DNA of 64,000 nt from Candidatus Mediterraneibacter merdigallinarum (GCA_019117305.1 DWZZ01000027.1:6529-70528); one strand, 5' to 3'; positions 48,165 through 59,142 are shown, counted from the first letter of the stretch. The notes: generated from the sequence alone by a model not told the origin. Numbers and translations: made by a program.

Positions 48165-49983
48165 TTGACACTGCCTCCTTCGGGAACTGGGAATAGTAAA
48201 TCTCCCGATAAACCGGGCAGTTTTCAAGCAGCTCTTCGTGGGTGCCCCGCCCCGCCAGCCTGCCGTCGTCCAGCACAAGAATCTGATCTGCATGCCAGAT
48301 GGACGCCGCCCGCTGGGAGACAATAAATACAAGAGGCTGCTCCTTCATCCCCGCGATAGCTTTCCGGAGCGCCGCGTCCGTGGCAAAATCCAGAGCGGAA
48401 GCGCTGTCGTCCAGAATAAGGATCTCAGGCTTTCTCACCAGCGCCCTTGCAATAGTAAGACGCTGCTTCTGTCCGCCGGACAGATTCCGTCCGCCCTGTT
48501 CCACCTGCGCGTCCAGTCCGCCTTCTTTCTTTCCTACAAACTCTGCCGCCTGGGAGATCTGAAGCGCTTCCTGCAGTTCCTCATCTGAAGCCTGCTGATT
48601 TCCCCAGCGCAGATTGTCCCCGATCGTCCCCCGGAACAGCACCGTCTTCTGGGGCACGACTCCGATATGGGCCCGCAGGCTGTCTGTCTGATATTCTTTC
48701 ACATCTCTTCCATCCAGGCGGACCGTTCCTTCTGTGGCATCGTAGAAACGGGGAATCAGATTTACAAGGGAAGATTTCCCCGATCCGGTTCCGCCGATGA
48801 CACCGATGGTCTGGCCCCGCTCCGCCCGGAAGGAAATATCGGTCAGGGCCTCCCCTGCCGCTCCTTTATACGTAAGAGAGACGTGAGAAAATTCCAGGAA
48901 CGGTTTTCCCTGATTTTTCCCATTCTCCTGCTTTTCTTCTCTCTCCGCCTTCCGGTCTGATTTTCCGGCTTCTCTTCCGGTTTCTCTTCCGGCTGCTGCC
49001 TGATCCGCGGCATTCCACTGCAGGCTTCCATCCTTCATATCCGGCTTCTCCAGCAGCACTTTCTCGATCCGGTTGGCGCAGGCCACCGCCTTTGTCACTG
49101 TAATAATCAGGTTGGCCAGCTTTACAAGTTCCACCAGAATCTGAGACATATAATTTAAGAGGGCCACAACTTCTCCCTGGGTCAGGTCGCCGATATTTAC
49201 CCGCGCCGCCCCGACATAGATCAGCACAACAATGGCGCCGTTTACGATTACATAGGTCAGCGGATTCATAAGCCCTGAGATCCGCCCGGCAAACTTCTGG
49301 GCGTCGGTCAGCAGCTGATTGGCTGTATAAAACCGCTCTCTCTCCTCATTCTCCTGATTAAAGGCACGGATTACTCTGGCGCCGGTCAGATTTTCCCTGG
49401 TAGCCAGCAGGACCCGGTCCAGTCTTGCCTGTACTTTCCGGTAGAGGGGCATGGTGATCAGCATAACCCCGAACACAATAACGGACAGCAGCGGTATGGC
49501 CGCCACAAACACAAGGGCAGCCTTCCCATCCACGGTAAAGGCCATAACCATCGCGCCGAACACGATAAACGGCGAGCGCAGAAACAGGCGCAGCACCAGA
49601 TTGACGCCGGACTGCACCTGATTGATATCACTTGTCATTCTTGTAATGAGGGTGGAGGTACCGATGGTGTCCATCTCCGTAAAGGAAAAACTCTGAATAT
49701 GGGCAAACAGAGCGTGCCTTACCCCCGCTCCGAAGCCTGCCGCCGCCTTGGCCGAGAAATACTGGGCCGTAATGGAGCAGACCAGCCCGATCAGACCCAG
49801 GGCAATCAGCAGAAGACACATCCGTATAATATAGCCGCTGTCTTTTTCTGCAATGCCCACATCAATCACAGCAGCCATTACAAGCGGCACAAGCAATTCA
49901 AAAGACGCCTCCAACATCTTAAAGAGAGGCGCCAGTATGGATTCTTTTCTGTATTGTTTCAGATAGACAAGAAGTGAACGCAT
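48157..49983 (-). CDS. Heterodimeric ABC exporter subunit A
   Basis: [17 protein letters not shown], degenerate LDDSASALD, VSQR. Confidence 0.92.
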   Translation of the reverse strand: MRSLLVYLKQYRKESILAPLFKMLEASFELLVPLVMAAVIDVGIAEKDSGYIIRMCLLLIALGLIGLVCSITAQYFSAKAAAGFGAGVRHALFAHIQSFSFTEMDTIGTSTLITRMTSDINQVQSGVNLVLRLFLRSPFIVFGAMVMAFTVDGKAALVFVAAIPLLSVIVFGVMLITMPLYRKVQARLDRVLLATRENLTGARVIRAFNQENEERERFYTANQLLTDAQKFAGRISGLMNPLTYVIVNGAIVVLIYVGAARVNIGDLTQGEVVALLNYMSQILVELVKLANLIITVTKAVACANRIEKVLLEKPDMKDGSLQWNAADQAAAGRETGREAGKSDRKAEREEKQENGKNQGKPFLEFSHVSLTYKGAAGEALTDISFRAERGQTIGVIGGTGSGKSSLVNLIPRFYDATEGTVRLDGRDVKEYQTDSLRAHIGVVPQKTVLFRGTIGDNLRWGNQQASDEELQEALQISQAAEFVGKKEGGLDAQVEQGGRNLSGGQKQRLTIARALVRKPEILILDDSASALDFATDAALRKAIAGMKEQPLVFIVSQRAASIWHADQILVLDDGRLAGRGTHEELLENCPVYREIYYSQFPKEAVSNG

Positions 49984-50106
49984 ATCATTTCCCCTTTCAT
50001 TTCTTTGTCTATCTTAACACATTTCTTACGGGAAGGACAGGCGGTATTCCATCTGATTTCCTCCATAAATTACAGTTTAATTACAATTTTCAATCCCGAT
50101 CGGTCA

Positions 50107-50739
50107 TTACTGCCCAAAGGATTTCAGCATCCGGAACACAAAAGCCTCTGTCAGCTCATAAATAGAACCTTCTGCGATTTCCACTCCGGCAATCCGCATC
50201 GCCTCCAGCTGCTTTTCCGTGTGACAAGTATAGGGATGCACGCCGAATAAGAACGGAAAGAAAGCATATAAAAACTGCTGTATACTCTCTTTCGTCATTG
50301 AAAGGAAAAATTTTTCAAGGCATCTGCCCACAGCATCAAAAGCAACTGCGTAGACTTTCTTAAATTCCACCAGATTTTCCAGACGGCTGTTTACTTCCAT
50401 GTCATAAATATTCATGGACAGCAGTTTGAGCATCGTACGCCGTTTCTCCAGTATCCGCGCCATAGTCCCGGCGAACATCTCCGCGCTCATGGAATCATTC
50501 TGTTTCATCATTTCTTCCAGATCGAGTATCCACGCCTCATGTTCTTTCTGAAGCAGGGCGAGAAAGATTTCTTCCTTTGTCTGAAAATAATTATAGATCG
50601 ACGTTCTCGTAAATGAAGTCTTTGCCCCGATATCCCGAATGGTAATATCCTTAAAGCTCATTGTCTCATAGAGCGCCGCGCAGGCGCCTATGATCTCTTC
50701 TTTTCTCGCATTCGTCAATTCTTCTGAACCTTTTGGCAT
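50107..50739 (-). CDS. TetR/AcrR-family regulator
   Basis: ITIRDIGAKTSFTRTSIYNYFQTKEEIF HTH. Confidence 0.92.
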   Translation of the reverse strand: MPKGSEELTNARKEEIIGACAALYETMSFKDITIRDIGAKTSFTRTSIYNYFQTKEEIFLALLQKEHEAWILDLEEMMKQNDSMSAEMFAGTMARILEKRRTMLKLLSMNIYDMEVNSRLENLVEFKKVYAVAFDAVGRCLEKFFLSMTKESIQQFLYAFFPFLFGVHPYTCHTEKQLEAMRIAGVEIAEGSIYELTEAFVFRMLKSFGQ

Positions 50740-50746
50740 AGAGTCC

Positions 50747-50932
50747 TCACTTTCCCATGACGGACTTCGCCCATGCAGCCGCTCCGCTGTTTACCAGTTT
50801 CCCCTGTTTCCACTCTGCTTCCGGACAGTGTTCCCGCATACTCTTCTGTGCCCCGCCGATACCGCTGCCTCCGGAAGTAGCGAACGGGATCAACGTCTTC
50901 CCGGAAAAATATGCAACTAATGTTTTTTTCAT
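50747..50932 (-). pseudogene. Flavodoxin with large internal in-frame deletion
   Basis: MKKTLVAYFS joined directly to GKTLIPFATSGGSG; the FMN-binding loop and middle of the fold are missing. Confidence 0.85.
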
Positions 50933-51490
50933 TTCATACTCTCCTTTAATATCTCAACAATCTCGTCATGCTCCAGTACCTTGTATCCGCCCGGCAGGAT
51001 AATCGTGCCGCCGGCGATTCCCTCCAGCATTTCTTCTGTGGCTCCCAGATCAGAAATATTCATGACCAGCCCCAGTTCATTCATCCACGCCTCCATTGCG
51101 TCAAGTCCTTCCTGCGCGGTCTGTTCATCGGTCTTTCCTGCCGGATCGATATCCCATACATTCACGGCAAAGCGTTTGAACTTCTGTACGCCGTAAGGCA
51201 GAATATACCGATAATAAGGCAGAGATACAGCGGCAAGCGTCATACCGTGAGTCGCATTGGTATAAGCGCCCACAGACTGACCGATCTTCTGATGAGTATG
51301 CGGGTTCGTGATCACCGCCCCTGCATTCATCTCTGATCCGGTCCCAACCATGGTCAGCACGCAGCCCACCGGCAGCGTCTCACAGGACGGCTCTTCAAAA
51401 CGTATATAATACTTCTCCCACGGGTCTTCCCCGCAGTTAACGGATACAGAAACTGCCTTGGCATAATCACAGACTGATCCTCCTGTTCAT
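50929..51490 (-). pseudogene. Iron-containing alcohol (butanol) dehydrogenase remnant
   Basis: GGSVCDYAK...TMVGTGSEMNAGAVIT..KIG fused to QSVGAYTNATHGMTLA; N-terminus absent and ATG 51490 out of frame. Confidence 0.85.
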
Positions 51491-51511
51491 TTTGTTTCTA
51501 TATTTTTATTC

Positions 51512-51561
51512 TGACATAGTGTCATTAATTGCAATATACCATTATTCTGACACAGCGTCAA
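51512..51561 (-). promoter_or_regulatory. Sigma-A promoter with two TGACA-N3-YGTCA operators (probable TetR sites)
   Basis: TTGACG-N17-TATATT; palindromes tgacatagtgtca (51512-51524) and tgacacagcgtca (51548-51560). Confidence 0.7.
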
Positions 51562-51722
51562 CATTCTGCTGAAAATTTATTTCCTCATGTGTCAATATCC
51601 CCTCTGCCTTCAATAAAAAACACCCGCAATTACTGCAAGTGCTTTTTTATCCGCTTATCATTATACTGATAAATTATGCCTGTCACAGTACATCTGTTCA
51701 GCCGATAATCCCCAGGGGCTTC

Positions 51723-53465
51723 TCAGCTGTTCGGCAGGCTGTCCCTGACACACAGTACCCCGTACCCAAGCTGCGCGTTCGGCCACCGGTCATACCCCGG
51801 CACTTCCCGGGCGCCCCGCCTGAGATACGCCTTTACCTTCTCCCCGTACAGATATGGGTCGTTGCCCTGCACGATTCCCCATTCCATCAGAAGGGCCGCG
51901 CTGCCGGTGACGAAAGGCGCGGCAAAAGATGTTCCTGTATTCTCCCGGTAGCCTCCGCCGGGCACCGGAGCAGTTATCCGCACTCCCGGCGCCGCCAGAT
52001 CCGGTTTTGTCCCTTCCCCTTCATAAAGGGAAGCCGGCCCCCTTCCGGAAAAGTCCGCATAGGAAAAAGTCAGAGCGTCATAGGCAGCCACGGTAATGAC
52101 CAGAGACGCTGTGGATGGAATCGTCAGCGTGGTGTCAGGAGAGGGCCGCAGGAAAGCGGTTCCCACATTGAGCACATTCTGGCTGGGCAGCCACATCTCA
52201 TAGGAGCCGTCCACAATGTGCCGGGGAGTCAGGACAATCTGCCATACTCCGCTTTCAATATAGGATGACTCCGGAAGCAAAGAAATGTAAATCTCCTGCT
52301 TTACGCTGTATGGCTTTGGCTCCCCATAATACAGAAGAAGTTCCGTCCCTCCCAGAAACAGCCGCTGAGGCCCCAGAATTTCCTGAATGGGGCCTGCCCT
52401 CATGCCTGACGGGCTGATTACGGAAATATCCATCTCATCCACATAGGATTTCCAGATCTGTACGTTCAGACCGGTCTCTCTTGGCTGGACAGCAATCTCC
52501 ACTTTTTCCTCTTCCTCATCAGATACCTGCCCGCCGGTATGCCCGCCGCTGCTGCCTTCATTTCCGGTTCCCACACAGATTACATTCTTCCATGTCTGTG
52601 AAATATCATTGAGAAATCGCTCCATAAGGGACGTTCCATCATGGGAGCCGTATGTATTTCCGAAACTGATATTCACCGCCACCGGTTTACCCAGCCTCAG
52701 AGCAGTGCGTACAATATAATCCACTCCCTGCATCAGTTCTGTGGTTCTGGGAAAACCATCCTGCCTGGGCGAATTCATTTTCACTACAATCAGTTCCGCG
52801 CCGGGTGCTGCTCCCCGGTACCTTCTGCTTTCGCTGCCCCGGCCGTTTCCCGCGGCAATGCCCGCCACCGCTGTTCCGTGTCCGCTCAGATCCCGGCTGG
52901 GGAGCAGATCCAGCCGGGCCGCGGGATCCGTTTCCTGCAGCGCCCGGTTGATCTGTTCGCCGGTAAATTCACGGCCCAGATTATATCCCTCCGGCGGATT
53001 TCCGGGAGCCGACTGATCCCAGAGCGCTGCAATCCGGGTGGTTCCGTCCTCGTTTCTGAAATCCGGATTGGCATAATCAATACCGCTGTCTACAATTCCT
53101 ACCAGCACACCCTGCCCGGACAGTGAAAAAGGCGGAGCCTGTACCGCATCGATACAGGATGTCCGCCTTCCGTTTTCCGCCTCAAAAAACAGACTTTTCG
53201 GTTTTTCAATAAAGTCCACCTCCGGCAGTCCCGCCAGCACTTCGATCTGAGGTTCCCTTACAATTACTACTGCATACCCGTTCAGCAGCTCTGTAACAGA
53301 AACAGACACTTCTCTTACCCGGTCCAGGGAGCCGGAATATTTTATGATCAGCTCCCATTCATTTGCTTCTGTTATATACCCCACATCCAGTTCCTGCGAT
53401 TTCCGAAGTTCCTCCGGCGTCGCGTCCAGCGCCAGATTCAGCAGGTTTTCCATTTTCTGGCTCAA
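51723..53465 (-). CDS. S8 subtilase, CspA/CspB-like germination protease
   Basis: Intact triad VDSGID, GHGTAVAG, GTSFAAP; probable TTG start at 53465 after GAGGAG (alternative ATG 53483). Confidence 0.88.
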   Translation of the reverse strand: MSQKMENLLNLALDATPEELRKSQELDVGYITEANEWELIIKYSGSLDRVREVSVSVTELLNGYAVVIVREPQIEVLAGLPEVDFIEKPKSLFFEAENGRRTSCIDAVQAPPFSLSGQGVLVGIVDSGIDYANPDFRNEDGTTRIAALWDQSAPGNPPEGYNLGREFTGEQINRALQETDPAARLDLLPSRDLSGHGTAVAGIAAGNGRGSESRRYRGAAPGAELIVVKMNSPRQDGFPRTTELMQGVDYIVRTALRLGKPVAVNISFGNTYGSHDGTSLMERFLNDISQTWKNVICVGTGNEGSSGGHTGGQVSDEEEEKVEIAVQPRETGLNVQIWKSYVDEMDISVISPSGMRAGPIQEILGPQRLFLGGTELLLYYGEPKPYSVKQEIYISLLPESSYIESGVWQIVLTPRHIVDGSYEMWLPSQNVLNVGTAFLRPSPDTTLTIPSTASLVITVAAYDALTFSYADFSGRGPASLYEGEGTKPDLAAPGVRITAPVPGGGYRENTGTSFAAPFVTGSAALLMEWGIVQGNDPYLYGEKVKAYLRRGAREVPGYDRWPNAQLGYGVLCVRDSLPNS

Positions 53466-53547
53466 TATCTGTCTCCTCTCCATTATACAAATGCACTTTA
53501 TTCCCTCATCTATGCCGTCCGTTTTTATGCCTGCTTCTGTTTCTGTG

Positions 53548-54159
53548 CTATTTCCCCGGCGTCTCCACTTTATATCCTGCCAGCTCATAAGGAATAAAAT
53601 ATCCTTTCTCATGGCGGCATACCGGGCAAAGTTCGGGGGCCAGTTTTCCTTCATGTATATAGCCGCAGTTGGTACACATCCATTTCCGCACTTCTGTTCC
53701 TTTATACCATGTATCATTCTCCAGCATCTGAGCCAGTTTCCCGAAACGCTGCTCATGGGTATGCTCAATTTCCGCAATCTGGTAAAATGCAGAAGCAGCT
53801 TCCAGGAATCCTTCCTCCCGGGCTGTGTCGCCAAAAGCCTGGTATACATCCGCGTATTCTTCATGCTCGTTGTGCTCAGCAGCCCGCAGAACCGCCTCCA
53901 GGCATTCCCGGGGATCCACCGGATATGTGCCGTCAATATGGACTGATTCTCCCGCCAGCGATTTCAGCAGATCATAATACCGTTCCGCGTGGGCCCGTTC
54001 CTGGTCGGCCGTATATCTGAAGATTTCCGCAATGGTGTACATTCCTTCTTTGTCCGCGCGTTCCGCCGCGATAGTATACCGGTTCCGGGCCTGACTCTCC
54101 CCGGCAAACGCCCGCATCAGATTTTCTTTTGTCATGCTCTCTGAAAAATTAACAGCCAT
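53548..54159 (-). CDS. rbr: Rubrerythrin
   Basis: AFAGESQARNRY, E..H diiron motifs, C-terminal CTNCGY...CPVC. Confidence 0.93.
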   Translation of the reverse strand: MAVNFSESMTKENLMRAFAGESQARNRYTIAAERADKEGMYTIAEIFRYTADQERAHAERYYDLLKSLAGESVHIDGTYPVDPRECLEAVLRAAEHNEHEEYADVYQAFGDTAREEGFLEAASAFYQIAEIEHTHEQRFGKLAQMLENDTWYKGTEVRKWMCTNCGYIHEGKLAPELCPVCRHEKGYFIPYELAGYKVETPGK

Positions 54160-54233
54160 GATACATATTACTCCTTTACTTTTTAAATAGTAATATGCGC
54201 CATGGCTGAAAAATTATTCAAATTATGGAAATT

Positions 54234-55250
54234 TTAATTAAATCCGATCAGCCTTCTCGCGACACTGTATGCCAGAGAAGATACTTTCCGTCCCGGGCGT
54301 CCCGGCAGGTTCATGGTCTGACCCAGAATACCATATCGGATTTTTAAATAAGTTTTATAATCTTTCTTCTTCAGATAAGCCCAGAGTTCCTTTTTCTTTA
54401 CAAGGTTTTCCGGCTTCTTTGAACGTATGCACAGAATGGAAGATACGGTCATCATAATCGCGAGGTAATTAATCATATATTTTCTGAGCTTTTTGCTCGT
54501 AATCATTTTCAGCTCATACATCGCGATCATGGTCCTGGTAACAAACAGCTGCTGGTCAATCCGGCTGATCATGACTTTTTCATTAACCGACTGATCCTCG
54601 CGCCCGATAAAATATCTGTAGAAATCCACATTCAGATAGTACAGGGTGCGCACATGCGGCAGCGGATAATACACATAAATGTTGTCCACATAGAAGGTAT
54701 GCTTCGGAAGTTCCAGCTGACACAGCCGGAGCATCTCTGTCCGGTAAATCACTGAATGCATCAGGATATACTGATCCAGGTGGAATCTGCCGATATCATC
54801 CCAACGGAAGATCTGGTTCTCCGGAAGCACGTTATCATACCGGATAACTTTTTTCTTTGTCATACCTACCTTCTCATATACGTAATTTGCAATCACCATA
54901 TCAACCTGGGTATCAGTATCTACAAACCCTTTTACTGCTTCCAGAATCTTCATCAGAGAATCTTTGTCCACCCAGTCATCGCTGTCCACAACTTTAAAAT
55001 AGTGTCCCGTGGCATGGGCAAGTCCGCAGTTGACTGCATCTCCGTGCCCGCCGTTTTCTTTATTGACTGCTTTGACAATTGTCGGATACTTCGCGGCATA
55101 GCGCTCCGCAATTTTCTGTGTCCCGTCTTTTGATCCGTCGTTTACTACGATAATCTCCACATCTTCTCCGCCTTCCAGTATGGAATTAATGGCTTTTTCC
55201 ATATAGGCTTCCGAATTATAGCACGGAATGGCGAATGAAATATATTTCAT
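54234..55250 (-). CDS. GT2 family glycosyltransferase
   Basis: IPCYNS, VNDGSKD, ENGGHG, VVDSDDW. Confidence 0.92.
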   Translation of the reverse strand: MKYISFAIPCYNSEAYMEKAINSILEGGEDVEIIVVNDGSKDGTQKIAERYAAKYPTIVKAVNKENGGHGDAVNCGLAHATGHYFKVVDSDDWVDKDSLMKILEAVKGFVDTDTQVDMVIANYVYEKVGMTKKKVIRYDNVLPENQIFRWDDIGRFHLDQYILMHSVIYRTEMLRLCQLELPKHTFYVDNIYVYYPLPHVRTLYYLNVDFYRYFIGREDQSVNEKVMISRIDQQLFVTRTMIAMYELKMITSKKLRKYMINYLAIMMTVSSILCIRSKKPENLVKKKELWAYLKKKDYKTYLKIRYGILGQTMNLPGRPGRKVSSLAYSVARRLIGFN

Positions 55251-55406
55251 AACTCTTTTCCTCCTAGTATGAGTTTACGGATAGTATACCATTATTTTAA
55301 ATGTTATTCCATGTGTATTGTAAATTTTATTTTTTTCCGATATAGTAGATACTAGAAAATACATCCCGGGCGGGATCGTTTCTGCCCGGAAAACAGGAGG
55401 TAACAC

Positions 55407-56630
55407 ATGAAGAAAAATGTAATCGTCGGACAGTCCGGCGGACCAACAGCAGTGATCAACGCAAGCCTGTACGGAGTTGTCTCCGAAGCGCTTAAGAGAA
55501 GCGATTCCTTTGACAAAGTATATGGCATGGTAAACGGAATTGAAGGCTTCCTGAACGGCCATATCATGGATATGAAACCACTGGAAGAAAGCGGAGAACT
55601 GGAACTGGTAAAGACAACTCCCGGCTCCTATCTGGGTTCCTGCCGCTACAAACTTCCCGAAGATCTGAGCGATGAAGTGTATCCGGCCCTTTTCAGCAGA
55701 TTTGAAGAGTACGGTATCGGCTATTTCTTCTACATCGGAGGCAATGACTCCATGGATACAGTAAGCAAGCTTTCCCGCTACGCAGAAGGCATTCAGAGCG
55801 ATATCCGCTTTATCGGCGTTCCGAAAACCATCGACAATGATCTGGTGCTCACCGACCACACACCGGGATTCGGAAGCGCGGCAAAATATGTGGCTTCCAC
55901 CGTTCGCGAAGTGGCAGTGGACGCATCTGTATATGACAACAAAAAGTCAGTTACCATCGTGGAAATCATGGGACGCCACGCAGGATGGCTCACCGCAGCC
56001 AGCGTCCTGGCACGCAAATTTGAAGGAGACAATCCGGTGCTGATCTATCTTCCGGAAACCGCCTTTGACCAGGAGACATTTATCTCCCAGGTACAGGACG
56101 CTCTGGAAAAAGTGTCCAACCTGGTTGTCTGCATCTCCGAGGGAATCAACGACGGCAAGGGAACTTTCGTCTGCGAGCTTGCCAGCGACGTAGGTGTGGA
56201 CAACTTCGGTCACAAGATGCTCACCGGCTCCGGCAAATATCTGGAGAACCTTGTAAAAGCACGCCTGGGCGTTAAGGTTCGCTCCATTGAGCTCAATGTC
56301 TGCCAGCGCTGCTCTTCCTCCATGCTTTCCGCCGCGGACCATCAGGAGGCCATCGGAGCAGGCGCTTACGGCGTACAGGCCGCGCTTGCAGGTGAGACCG
56401 GAAAGATGATTTCCTTTAAGCGGATCGACGGCGATACATACAAGATGGAATATACTACTGAAGACGTGAACCGGATCTGCAACCAGGAAAAAACAGTTCC
56501 TCTGGACTGGATCACAAACAACGGCTCCGATATCGGGCAGGCATTTATCGACTACGCGCTTCCCCTGGTACAGGGCAGCGTAAAAGTTCCCGAAGAAAAC
56601 GGCCTTCCGAAATTTGCGTACCGGAAATAG
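55407..56630 (+). CDS. pfp: 6-phosphofructokinase, PPi-dependent type
   Basis: QSGGPTAVIN, IGGNDSMDT, PKTIDNDL, EIMGRHAGW. Confidence 0.88.
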   Translation: MKKNVIVGQSGGPTAVINASLYGVVSEALKRSDSFDKVYGMVNGIEGFLNGHIMDMKPLEESGELELVKTTPGSYLGSCRYKLPEDLSDEVYPALFSRFEEYGIGYFFYIGGNDSMDTVSKLSRYAEGIQSDIRFIGVPKTIDNDLVLTDHTPGFGSAAKYVASTVREVAVDASVYDNKKSVTIVEIMGRHAGWLTAASVLARKFEGDNPVLIYLPETAFDQETFISQVQDALEKVSNLVVCISEGINDGKGTFVCELASDVGVDNFGHKMLTGSGKYLENLVKARLGVKVRSIELNVCQRCSSSMLSAADHQEAIGAGAYGVQAALAGETGKMISFKRIDGDTYKMEYTTEDVNRICNQEKTVPLDWITNNGSDIGQAFIDYALPLVQGSVKVPEENGLPKFAYRK

Positions 56631-56695
56631 ATTTCTGTATAACCGGGAAAATCTGTATAAGCAGACTATATACCAGAAAAAAGACTATACACCAG

Positions 56696-56738
56696 AAAAA
56701 GGAAGCCGGCTTTCTCCTGAAAAGCCGCTTCCTTTTTT
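56696..56738. terminator. Bidirectional terminator between convergent pfp and flavin reductase genes
   Basis: aaaaaggaagccggctttc-tcct-gaaaagccgcttcctttttt. Confidence 0.75.
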
Positions 56739-56788
56739 CCATTTTCCCGGATCCCGGGTCTTCTGCCCTGTGTTTCTCCGGACAATTC

Positions 56789-57307
56789 TTATTTCCCGGC
56801 GTCCTCTTTCACCAGAACTTTCTCGATGGACGCCATGTACATCACATGATAATCCTTATCCGGATACCATTTTCCGTCAATCCAGTCCTCGGTAAAATAC
56901 TCCGATCCCATTGGCTGAGCATACATTTTTCTGCAGACAAAGATCATATCTGCCTCTTCAAATGCTGTTGTTCCATCTGTATAATACGGAGTCAGTCCGG
57001 CTTCTTTTTCCTTATCGCAGTCCCGGCCTGATTTTGTGCCGCATATATTCAGAGCGCCGCGGTGATCCGCGGAATAAAAAGACACTGTAAACAGTTCACC
57101 CGCATCCACAAACTCTTTTGTATATCTCTGGGGACGGAGGTATACGCTTACTACATTTTTGCCCCACATAACGCCCATGGCGCCCCAGCTTGCAGTCATG
57201 GTATTGTGCTTTTTCTCGTCGCCGGCTGTGACCAGCATCCATTCTTTTCCGATTTTTGTAAAGGGATTGAACTGAAGCTCCTCTGCTTTGATTTCACGAA
57301 ATGCCAT
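56789..57307 (-). CDS. Flavin reductase (flavoredoxin-like) family protein
   Basis: WMLVTAG, NTMTASWG, RPQRYT, CGTKSGRD.DK. Confidence 0.88.
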   Translation of the reverse strand: MAFREIKAEELQFNPFTKIGKEWMLVTAGDEKKHNTMTASWGAMGVMWGKNVVSVYLRPQRYTKEFVDAGELFTVSFYSADHRGALNICGTKSGRDCDKEKEAGLTPYYTDGTTAFEEADMIFVCRKMYAQPMGSEYFTEDWIDGKWYPDKDYHVMYMASIEKVLVKEDAGK

Positions 57308-57401
57308 AATCTCTCCTCCTGTCTGTGCATTTTATGTCTCTGCTTTTTACGTTGGCGCCGGCACCGGGCGTCTGTCCCTGTATGCCGGCGCTGAAACGCT
57401 A

Positions 57402-58625
57402 TTATTTTGCTATAACTCTGCGGAAGTTTTTCTTTCCTTTTTTGAGAATGACTCCGTCTCCTGAAAGAGCGTCTTTTGTGTAGAAGGTTCCGATATCGGT
57501 TACCTTCTCACCGTCCACGGTAACGCCGCCCTGCTGTACGGCACGTCTTGCCTCTGATCTTGACGGCACCAGACCGCTCCTGGAAAGCATGGATAAAATA
57601 TCAATGCTGCCATCTTTGAAATCTTCCTCTGTCAGCTCTGCTGTTGGCATCTCTGCCGCATTTCCCTGGCTGAACAGCGCACGCGCGCTTTCCCGTGCTT
57701 TCTTCGCTTCTTCCTCACCGTGTACCAGCTTGGTCAGCTCAAATGCCAGGATTTCTTTTGCCGTATTCAGCTGCGCTCCTTCCCAGGAATCCATCTTATC
57801 GATCTCTTCAAGCGGAAGGAAGGTAAGCATGCGGATACATTTCAACACATCGGCGTCAGCCACATTTCTCCAGTACTGGTAGAAGTCGAAAGGAGAAGTC
57901 TTCTCCGGGTCAAGCCATACAGCGCCGGACTGGGTTTTTCCCATCTTCTTTCCTTCTGAATTGAGAAGCAGGGTTATCGTCATAGCGCCTGCATCCTTGC
58001 CCAGTTTTCTGCGGATCAGTTCTGTTCCGGCAAGCATGTTGCTCCACTGATCGTCTCCGCCGAACTGCAGGTTGCAGCCATATTTCTGGAACAGTGCGTA
58101 GAAATCGTATGCCTGCATGATCATATAGTTGAACTCAAGAAAGCTCAATCCTCTCTCCATCCTCTGCTTGTAGCACTCTGCCGTAAGCATTCGGTTGACA
58201 GAAAAATGTGGGCCCACTTCTCTGAGCAGTTCAATATAATTCAGATCCAGCAGCCAGTCCGCGTTGTTTACCATCAGCGCTTTGCCCTCGGAAAAGTCGA
58301 TAAACCTGCTCATCTGTTTTTTAAAGCAGTCACAGTTGTGCTGAATCTGCTCCGGCGTCATCATGCTTCTCATGTCTGTTCTTCCGGAAGGGTCTCCGAT
58401 ATATCCTGTGCCGCCGCCGATCAGCGCGATCGGCTTATTGCCCGCCTCCTGCAGACGCTTCATCAGACACAGAGCCATAAAATGGCCTACATGAAGGCTG
58501 TCCGCCGTAGGGTCAAAGCCGATATAAAAAACAGCCTTTCCATTATTAACAAGCTCCCGGATTTCCTCCTCATCCGTAACCTGGGCGATCAGCCCTCTCG
58601 CCTGAAGTTCTTCGTAAATTCCCAT
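57402..58625 (-). CDS. tyrS: Tyrosine--tRNA ligase
   Basis: [25 protein letters not shown]-terminal S4 domain. Confidence 0.97.
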   Translation of the reverse strand: MGIYEELQARGLIAQVTDEEEIRELVNNGKAVFYIGFDPTADSLHVGHFMALCLMKRLQEAGNKPIALIGGGTGYIGDPSGRTDMRSMMTPEQIQHNCDCFKKQMSRFIDFSEGKALMVNNADWLLDLNYIELLREVGPHFSVNRMLTAECYKQRMERGLSFLEFNYMIMQAYDFYALFQKYGCNLQFGGDDQWSNMLAGTELIRRKLGKDAGAMTITLLLNSEGKKMGKTQSGAVWLDPEKTSPFDFYQYWRNVADADVLKCIRMLTFLPLEEIDKMDSWEGAQLNTAKEILAFELTKLVHGEEEAKKARESARALFSQGNAAEMPTAELTEEDFKDGSIDILSMLSRSGLVPSRSEARRAVQQGGVTVDGEKVTDIGTFYTKDALSGDGVILKKGKKNFRRVIAK

Positions 58626-58730
58626 CTTCTTTCTCTCCTTTTCTTGTTTTCCCGTTTGTGATTTTCCAAAATGTCAGACAATTTCGCTGAAAGGGGTCTG
58701 TCCCCTTTCGCCGAAGTCGTCTGACGCAAC

Positions 58731-59000
58731 AAAAAATCCGTCCTTACTGTCTGACAATAAGGACGGATATAACCGCGGTACCACCTTGTTTTCCGGGCAG
58801 CTCACACTGTCCGGCTCTGTAAGTGCCTGAATCAGCACTCTGTGCGGTAACGTGCACTCACGTCACAGCCTACTGGTCAATAAACTGATTTTCGGTGTGA
58901 AGCTCCGGGATGTATTCACAAAACCGTATCATGCGCCTCTCATCAGCCGGCTGCTTTCTGTTTTCGCGGTATTCTGCTACTTCTTCCCTTCACAGCGTTT
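58731..59000 (-). ncRNA. T-box riboswitch (Tyr) leader of tyrS
   Basis: Minus strand: GAA-TAC specifier at 58912-58914, T-box AAGGTGGTACCGCG (58774-58787), terminator atccgtcctta...taaggacggat-T6. Confidence 0.9.
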
Positions 59001-59027
59001 GTTTTATATTTCTGTTCTTACAGAGAG

Positions 59028-59056
59028 ATATTAGACTATCCCCCGCCGTTTGTCAA
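59028..59056 (-). promoter_or_regulatory. Sigma-A promoter of the tyrS T-box leader
   Basis: TTGACA-N17-TAATAT. Confidence 0.75.
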
Positions 59057-59142
59057 GCCTGTTTTCTCTTTGTCTGTTCTTTCTTTTACCGTTCTTTTCG
59101 TCTGATTTTATTTTTGTTTCAGACCCATACCGCCGGATAAAT

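Noticed and set aside
53466-53936. N-terminal extension making the S8 protease 737 aa
   Set aside because: Overlaps rubrerythrin in another frame; a good RBS precedes TTG 53465
56663-56700. 18-bp tandem duplication (agactatayaccagaaaa) after pfp
   Set aside because: Only two copies, adjacent to a terminator; likely a local slippage duplication
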